Source: Flectonema sp. DT1601
Taxonomy: Eukaryota
Assembly: GCA_964019425.1 (NCBI GenBank)
Contig: OZ025784.1
Span: forward strand, 1,178,001-1,242,000
Direction of reading: 5' to 3'
Length of the DNA: 64,000 nucleotides
Shown: positions 57,577 through 64,000 of the stretch, one piece after another
How the letters are laid out: every line of letters starts with the position of its first letter
Position numbering within the stretch: the first letter of the stretch is position 1
Position numbers and translations under genes: made by a program
The notes under the pieces: generated by a model
What the model was told of the DNA's origin: nothing
What the model saw: the letters and a program-made list of their open reading frames with translations, nothing else
Database searches by the model: none

Positions 57577-59646
57577 CTAGTAGCTATTTGTACAGGTGGT
57601 AGCTGTCGAGTGATCACAACCATCAGTTCCAATGTATTTCTGAGTGCTGTACTGATCATCTGGTAGAGCTGTGAGAGTCCCCTTTTCTCTAGCGTAGTCA
57701 ACGAATCCCTGAGCATACTCAGTAAAGGTATCTTCGAATGTTAACGTACCAAAAGTTAAGTATCCATCCTTACCACCAGCGATGTAGTTGTTAGTAACAA
57801 CACTGTAAGTAGTAGTCGTTGAGATAGCTGTCCAGCTTCCAGCAAGTCTGCTATTAATCATTGTGTTGAGAATACGAGATCCCTTTGTCTTACTGGCATC
57901 AACATTAAAACGAATACCAGCACAGTATGGGTAAGAACCTGTTGAACCATCAGCGTTGTCAATGTGATTAGCAACAGCATCTTCTAAAACATTAATAATC
58001 TGCTGTCCAGTCATAGCAATAGTCACTAATGTGCTTGCGAATGGTAGAAGTCGGTAGGCATTCGAAATCGTAAAGTCAGACGGCCCCTGAACATCCAAAC
58101 GAACACCTCCACCGTTTTGAATAGAAAAGTCAGCAGTCTTAATAACATGCAAGAATGCAGCTGGTACCAAATTAGAAATATCACCTCCTCTTCTAAATGT
58201 GCTTGAGGAAGATCCCTTACAGGCATCTAAACTACTCTTACCCTGACCAGGAAACCTCTCAAGACAGAGTGTTGTTGGAACAGTCGCGATTACTTCCTGT
58301 TGAAGTGTGACGACGCTTTCATCAAACACGGTTAGTATAGCCTTAGCGACAGAGTTATCAGCTGTTACCTTAGCAGTTGGAATAGCATTCAATACCTTAG
58401 CAGTATCCACATCACTAAGTGTTCTTGTTGTAGCTTCATTGAATGCATAAGTCAGGCTACCATCAACAGGGAAGATTGGAGCACCAGAACATTCCAAAAC
58501 GTCTCCATTCTTATCAAAGTTGATGGACAGTTCTCCGACAGCTGCTGCGTACTGCCAGGCTTGAACAATACAAACCATCTTTCCATCCGCATCTACGACC
58601 TTTGTCGGGTAATCCCCAGCAGGTGAAAATCCCAATCTCGACATGTCTGAAGCTGTTCCTAGAAGAGCGTGGGTATCCGCACCAACAACAATATCAACTC
58701 CTCGAAGCTTCTTAACCATCTCCTGCTCAAGAGTGTATCCGTAGTGAGACATTATTATAATCTTCGTGATGTTCATTCCCTTCAAGACATTAATTGTGTT
58801 CTGTGCGGTCTCCGTCTCATCAGCAAAAGTGGTACCGGCATCTGGAGAAGAGCTGTCCTTTGTCTTACGAGCGATATCAATTCCGATGATTGCGACCTTG
58901 AACTCGTTGTTTGGACCAAAAGTCTTGATAGTGTACGGCTGAATGTATCCTCGTAACTTAGAAGAAGGACCAGGGAAGATGTTTGCTCCCAGAACTGGTG
59001 TTCTACACTTACCAGTGACTAACTCATCCAAGAAGTTAGCTAGAGTGCTGTCACCATGATCAAACTCATGGTTTCCAAGAGTAAAAGCATCGAAGCAGAT
59101 TTCATTCATAAGTTGAGCATCTGCCTTTCCGTTGTGAAGAGTGTAGTACAGAGTTCCGGTAATCGCATCTCCCGCATGAAGCTTTAAGACGTTGTTCGCA
59201 CCAGCAGTCTTCTCTTTGAAGATAGTTGTCAGTTTTGGGAATCCACCGTACTTGGTACTGACAGATGTAATTGCGGTATTGCTCTCATCAAGGATCCCGA
59301 GATTCAATCCACTGACATCGATGTCTAAACTCTTTGAAGACAAGTGAGAATGATGATCATTAATATGAAGAATCTTAAGAGTGGTTGCCTGTTCATCTGG
59401 GTTACTTGGTGTAGTAACAACTGGAACAGGAACAGGAACATTGATATTTATGACATCATTGCTGTCATTCGCTGTGTACCCTGCAAGGTATCCAAACCCA
59501 AACCCAGAGAAGAACAAAACGATTCCAACAATAAGTAAAATGGAAATCGTACAGGTTGACATTCCCGAACTTGTTTTTTCAACAGGCGTCTCTTCAGGTA
59601 CCTCAACCGTCTGGTCAGGGCTGTCCGGAGCGTCAGGATTGGTCAT
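57577..59646 (-). CDS. Type II membrane 5'-nucleotidase (NadN/UshA family), copy 3
   Basis: Same motifs; diverged 3' flank without the minisatellite. Confidence 0.93.
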   Translation of the reverse strand: MTNPDAPDSPDQTVEVPEETPVEKTSSGMSTCTISILLIVGIVLFFSGFGFGYLAGYTANDSNDVININVPVPVPVVTTPSNPDEQATTLKILHINDHHSHLSSKSLDIDVSGLNLGILDESNTAITSVSTKYGGFPKLTTIFKEKTAGANNVLKLHAGDAITGTLYYTLHNGKADAQLMNEICFDAFTLGNHEFDHGDSTLANFLDELVTGKCRTPVLGANIFPGPSSKLRGYIQPYTIKTFGPNNEFKVAIIGIDIARKTKDSSSPDAGTTFADETETAQNTINVLKGMNITKIIIMSHYGYTLEQEMVKKLRGVDIVVGADTHALLGTASDMSRLGFSPAGDYPTKVVDADGKMVCIVQAWQYAAAVGELSINFDKNGDVLECSGAPIFPVDGSLTYAFNEATTRTLSDVDTAKVLNAIPTAKVTADNSVAKAILTVFDESVVTLQQEVIATVPTTLCLERFPGQGKSSLDACKGSSSSTFRRGGDISNLVPAAFLHVIKTADFSIQNGGGVRLDVQGPSDFTISNAYRLLPFASTLVTIAMTGQQIINVLEDAVANHIDNADGSTGSYPYCAGIRFNVDASKTKGSRILNTMINSRLAGSWTAISTTTTYSVVTNNYIAGGKDGYLTFGTLTFEDTFTEYAQGFVDYAREKGTLTALPDDQYSTQKYIGTDGCDHSTATTCTNSY

Positions 59647-59773
59647 TATTTACTTGTTATTAATAAAACTGGACATAAAAAAAGGGTTAAAAGTTTTGTT
59701 CAAACATAGCAACCTAAACTCATCGTAATTACTAATAAGAATTGAAGAACAGGAAGACCAAAAAAGGAAACAG

Positions 59774-60680
59774 ATTCTCAGAAGCGCGGGTAAATTTTGT
59801 ACATCAATTACTGGATTTGTGCGTCCAGTCAGGTAGTTATAGGTAGGTCAATTTACTGTTTTAATCATCGAAGAGTTGGTGAGAAAACCAGAGAAGCAGA
59901 TGTCTTACAAGAAACAGAGAGAGAACAATTCCGGATGACTTCAAAGAAAACATCTCGAGATGTGTAAGTACGCCGAGACTATCGGTAGTGCAGGACGTGA
60001 CTCTAGGACATCCCTGCGGGAAGGAAGATGCGAATTCATAAAAACACAACAAACAAGATGACAGATTCTCAGAAGCGCGGGTAAATTTTGTACATCAATT
60101 ACTGGATTTGTGCGTCCAGTCAGGTAGTTATAGGTAGGTCAATTTACTGTTTTAATCATCGACCTGAAGAGTTGCTAACAAGACTAACGAAGCAGCAGTA
60201 CGATAGATGGATGGGGAAGTCTTCACAAGAACTGACCAGAAGAGACAGACAGAGAGAACAATTCCGGATGACTTCAAAGAAAACATCTCGAGATGTGTAA
60301 GTACGCCGAGACTATCGGTAGTGCAGGACGTGACTCTAGGACATCCCTGTGGGAAGGGAGATGCGAATTCATAAAAACACAACAAACAAGATGACAGATT
60401 CTCAGAAGCGCGGGTAAATTTTGTACATCAATTACTGGATTTGTGCGTCCAGTCAGGTAGTTATAGGTAGGTCAATTTACTGTTTTAATCATCGACCTGA
60501 AGAGTTGCTAACAAGACTAACGAAGCAGCAGTACGATAGATGGATGGGGAAGTCTTCACAAGAACTGACCAGAAGAGACAGACAGAGAGAACAATTCCGA
60601 ATGACTTCAAAGAAAACATCTCGAGATGTGTAAGTACGCCGAGACTATCGGTAGTGCAGGACGTGACTCTAGGACATCCC
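59774..60680 (-). ncRNA. snoRNA block E: 3 C/D (59774-59872, 60065-60165, 60398-60498) + 3 AGA-box hairpins (59950-60014, 60283-60347, 60616-60680)
   Basis: Same motifs as block A. The 59774 C/D copy lacks 5 nt just 5' of box C. Confidence 0.8.
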
Positions 60681-61402
60681 TGTGGGAAGGGAGATGAGAA
60701 TTGATAACCATTACATCATCGTAGATGTAGTTTACACGACTTGTCGTCAATACTGAATTCACTACATGTGATCACAGACCTGCTTATGAACAAAATGATA
60801 TTTATAAAATAATTATTACAATAAATTACTTCTACGAAACCACGTGGGGTATTCGGGACAAATGCACAGAACGTGTTTTAAATGAGTGCAACAGGCGGGT
60901 TAATAAACAAGAGTAACAAACGACAACTAAAATTAATATAATATTTCCCTTTAAGAGAAGAAAATGGGAAAAAAAAAAAAAGGGAAAAAAAAACGAACTC
61001 GGGGAGGAGACGTAACTCAGCAAAGAGAAAATAAAAACTACATCACAAAGAGACCGATCTGGTTTACCCAGCCTAAGTACACACGCTGTTCTTAATCACT
61101 ACCAATGCGATCTGAACTCTGTTATATTATTAAAGTAAAATTAAGAATCAAAAGACAGGCAAAAAACAGAATAAGGAGTTTCTTAAAAACAACAAGGCCG
61201 TGTCTTCACATTTTTTTTTTTCACACAAAAAAAAAAAAAAAAAAAAAAAAAGACTACCTGCAGGAGTGAGGTGAGAAAACAAGGAGAGGAGTTAAAACTG
61301 TAAAAAAAAAGAAAATGAAAACAACTTTTGCGGGTAACTTACCGATGACAAGGACACTCTTTATTAAGAAGGTCATACATTCATTGAAGCGTTTGGCTTT
61401 TG

Positions 61403-61550
61403 TTTTTTTGCATCGACGAAATCGGAGAAGAAACTATTCAGATTAAGAGCCGTTATTTATTATGTCATGTTATCTATTTCCCTGTGCGCCAGTAAAACTG
61501 ACTGCGATCAACTAAATACAGAAGGCTTATTTGAATGGTTTTTTTTTTAC
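61403..61550. repeat. Dispersed ~145-bp repeat, copy 2
   Basis: Inverted match to 31468-31613. Confidence 0.85.
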
Positions 61551-61576
61551 CTGCATACTTCGTTTTGTCTTCTCCC

Positions 61577-61612
<36 letters not shown>

Positions 61613-61722
61613 CACAATTTTGTATATCAAATTTCACACTTCATTGTGAAATAAACTTTCGAGGATTTTAACAATTCAACGGGATGGGGGTGATTACAAC
61701 AAAATTATATAATTAAGGGGAC

Positions 61723-61755
<33 letters not shown>

Positions 61756-62209
61756 ACACATGTTAAACTAAGATAATCGATTATATGCGCTTACCCAATC
61801 ACAGGAAGTAAGTTATCACTTCCTCTCAGTTTTTTTCTTTTTGAATGCCAGTTATCACTGATAACTGGCACAGGACTGGGAAAACAATTGATTCTTTTTT
61901 TTTTTTTTTTTTTTTAAATAATGGGGGAAAAATAAATTGATACAAAAAAAAAAAAAAAAAAAAAAAACATAATCCAGAGGAACGGTGCAGAAGGCTAGAA
62001 AATAACAATTTTTTTTTTTTTTTTCCATTAATTATGCAACCCCCTTTATAGTATGCTCAGTACGGCAGACCAAAAGAAAACCAAATAATAATTTTTTTAA
62101 AAAAAAAAAAATTGCTTGTGCGTAACTGGTACAATATCCTAATAAAGGAATAGGTTAGTTACGCTGCCGCAATTCTCTTTCTACCGAACAATGGGCTTGT
62201 AGGTACACA

Positions 62210-62247
<38 letters not shown>

Positions 62248-62348
62248 CCCATTCTCAGTTTTTATAATGTAACCATGCAAAAACAGACTAAACAATTTGG
62301 CTGTACAGCTGCAACATTAAATTCACACATTTTTTTTTTTTCTTTTAA

Positions 62349-64000
62349 CCCTTTAAGCCCTGAAGGCCACTATAGTGGCCTTTCGCGTTTTTTTTTTTTT
62401 GACAAAGGGGAAAAATGTACCTTGTGAGTACAAGGGTGGAGCCAGAGCTGCCCAAAAACGACAAATTTTATGTGGGATCGTGCTGCAAAAATCACCAGCT
62501 TTTTCTGAGAAAAAGTTCATTTTTTTTTTTCTGCACTGGGAACAGTCTTAGCCAGGTTGCCCATGACTATCCCATGTTTTCAGCCAAAAATTAAAATCCC
62601 TAAAACTATTTCCATCGAAAATGATTCAGTAGGGTCACCTATCCCAGATTCGGGTGCTCCTGAGTCTTCTTCGAGCGATGAAAAGAGTACAATAGAGCCA
62701 AGCATTTCCCCTCTGAAATGGAGCAAGAAAATCACCAAGGTAAGACGACACACGTTTCGGCGGTCCTTGCAGGACATGTCAGACCTGAAATTGATGAAGG
62801 AACTGCAGAAATTTGAACTTGTGTTCACCCCAAAGGTGATGAGATGATTTCGCACTGCAGCAACAACTAGGCACTCAATCTTAACGTAGCTGAACTCAAA
62901 CTCTCTTTAGGACTCAATATCCTCGTGGGTCTCTGTGATAAACCAAATATCTCAGATTACAGGAACGGTACATCAGACCCAGCGTACACACCCCACTTCG
63001 CTTCCTGAGATCGGTTCCTCTAAATTCGAACCAATCTGTAAAACTTTACACTGTCACCAACCCCGTACCTGCTGACAAGCTCTACAAAATCCACAGCTTT
63101 TGGGAAACAATAGTTCCCAAATGGTCCGAGATCAATAAGGCGGAGGCGCAGGGACGGGTGGAGAAGTTCTCTGCCTCGTACTTTCAGTCCTAGCACAATG
63201 TGCATCACATAAATTCAGGGACAATCCAAAAGAAGTACATGTCTTCAGCACATTGCCTCTCGAGGAGAATTATGAGACAGCCACGTGATGGACTAAAATA
63301 AGGAAATCTATCAAAAAGTGACTATCGACTTACCGGTACAGATCCATCAGTACAACAAACTAATGGGTGGTGTTGACCTCGTAGACGGTATCAGGGGGAA
63401 GGCAAGAAGAACTCTGATGACAAAACGCTGGACCCTGAAAGTCTTTCACTACTTGTTAGAGATTTCTATCTTCAATGGTTTCACCCTCCAAAAGAAGTCT
63501 GAAAAAAGACGTCGGGACATATGCTCAGTTCAAAAAGAGGCTATGTTCTCAACTTATTGATCACGGAACACACCAAACTCACACAAAATGTCACTACCTA
63601 CGAAAATTCGGTATTTTTGGGGACTGCAGTTCACGGATTTGTTCTCAAAAAAAGTAAGGTCATCGATTTCTTGTTCAAAAAGCGAGGTTTTCTTATGCAT
63701 GGATCCCTGCTTCGAACAATATCACGAAAATATTGAGAAGTATTCAGCCCCTGTTTGCAACAACCATACCTTTGCTACACACAATCATATCCCACCGAAA
63801 AACATGAAACGGAAGCACTCTACTCCTACAACATTGCCAAAATCAAAGCGAACCCAGGGGTCCTAAGTAACAGTGTTTTTTTAGGCTGTTGTTGCATTTT
63901 CTCAAGTTATTTTGGCCCCCTTGCGGGCTGACCTCAGTTTTTTTTCAATGCGCGGGGGGGTGTCTTTCACCCTGTAATTTTTTTGTATTTTTCCCCACAC
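62349..64000 (+). mobile_element. Degenerate piggyBac-family DNA transposon (right end probably beyond the window)
   Basis: TTAA (62345-62348) followed by a CCC-starting terminus. Broken transposase frames: ELKLSLGLNILVG..KPNISDY and *DRFL*IRTNL (~62890-63040), YNKLMGGVDLVD..KRWTLKVFHYLLEISIFNG (63318-63560), C-terminal Cys-rich SCSKSEVFLCMDPCFEQYH. Contains stops and frameshifts. Confidence 0.88.

Noticed and set aside
43390..60680. 296-333 bp repeat as a CRISPR array or as protein-coding (ORFs such as MYINYWICASSQ...)
   Set aside because: No unique spacers, no cas genes, eukaryotic context. The small ORFs use non-ATG starts and shift frame between copies.

Overview
Eukaryotic, probably euglenozoan (diplonemid/kinetoplastid-like) nuclear DNA; the lineage is an inference. 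All ~20 supportable protein genes lie on the minus strand as one directional cluster, with few introns and pyrimidine-AG motifs just upstream of start codons. 1-18.8 kb is a near-identical tandem array (2,951 bp + n x 147 bp) of a secreted CUB-domain protein carrying 6-9 six-cysteine repeats. 19-47.7 kb holds single-copy genes: a sulfotransferase, hypothetical proteins, an LRR-dual-specificity phosphatase, a kinase-LRR-phosphatase fusion, a ubiquitin-like/ankyrin protein and a ~2,660-aa multi-pass surface protein split by two introns. 47.8-60.7 kb holds three membrane-anchored NadN-like 5'-nucleotidases. The main non-obvious element is a 296-333 bp repeat, present in 14 complete copies in five blocks. 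On the minus strand each copy reads as a box C/D snoRNA (13-nt guide to a conserved LSU rRNA motif) plus a single-hairpin AGA-box pseudouridylation-guide RNA. Four blocks alternate with the nucleotidase genes and one lies inside an intron of the giant membrane-protein gene. A decayed piggyBac element starts at ~62.35 kb on the plus strand.
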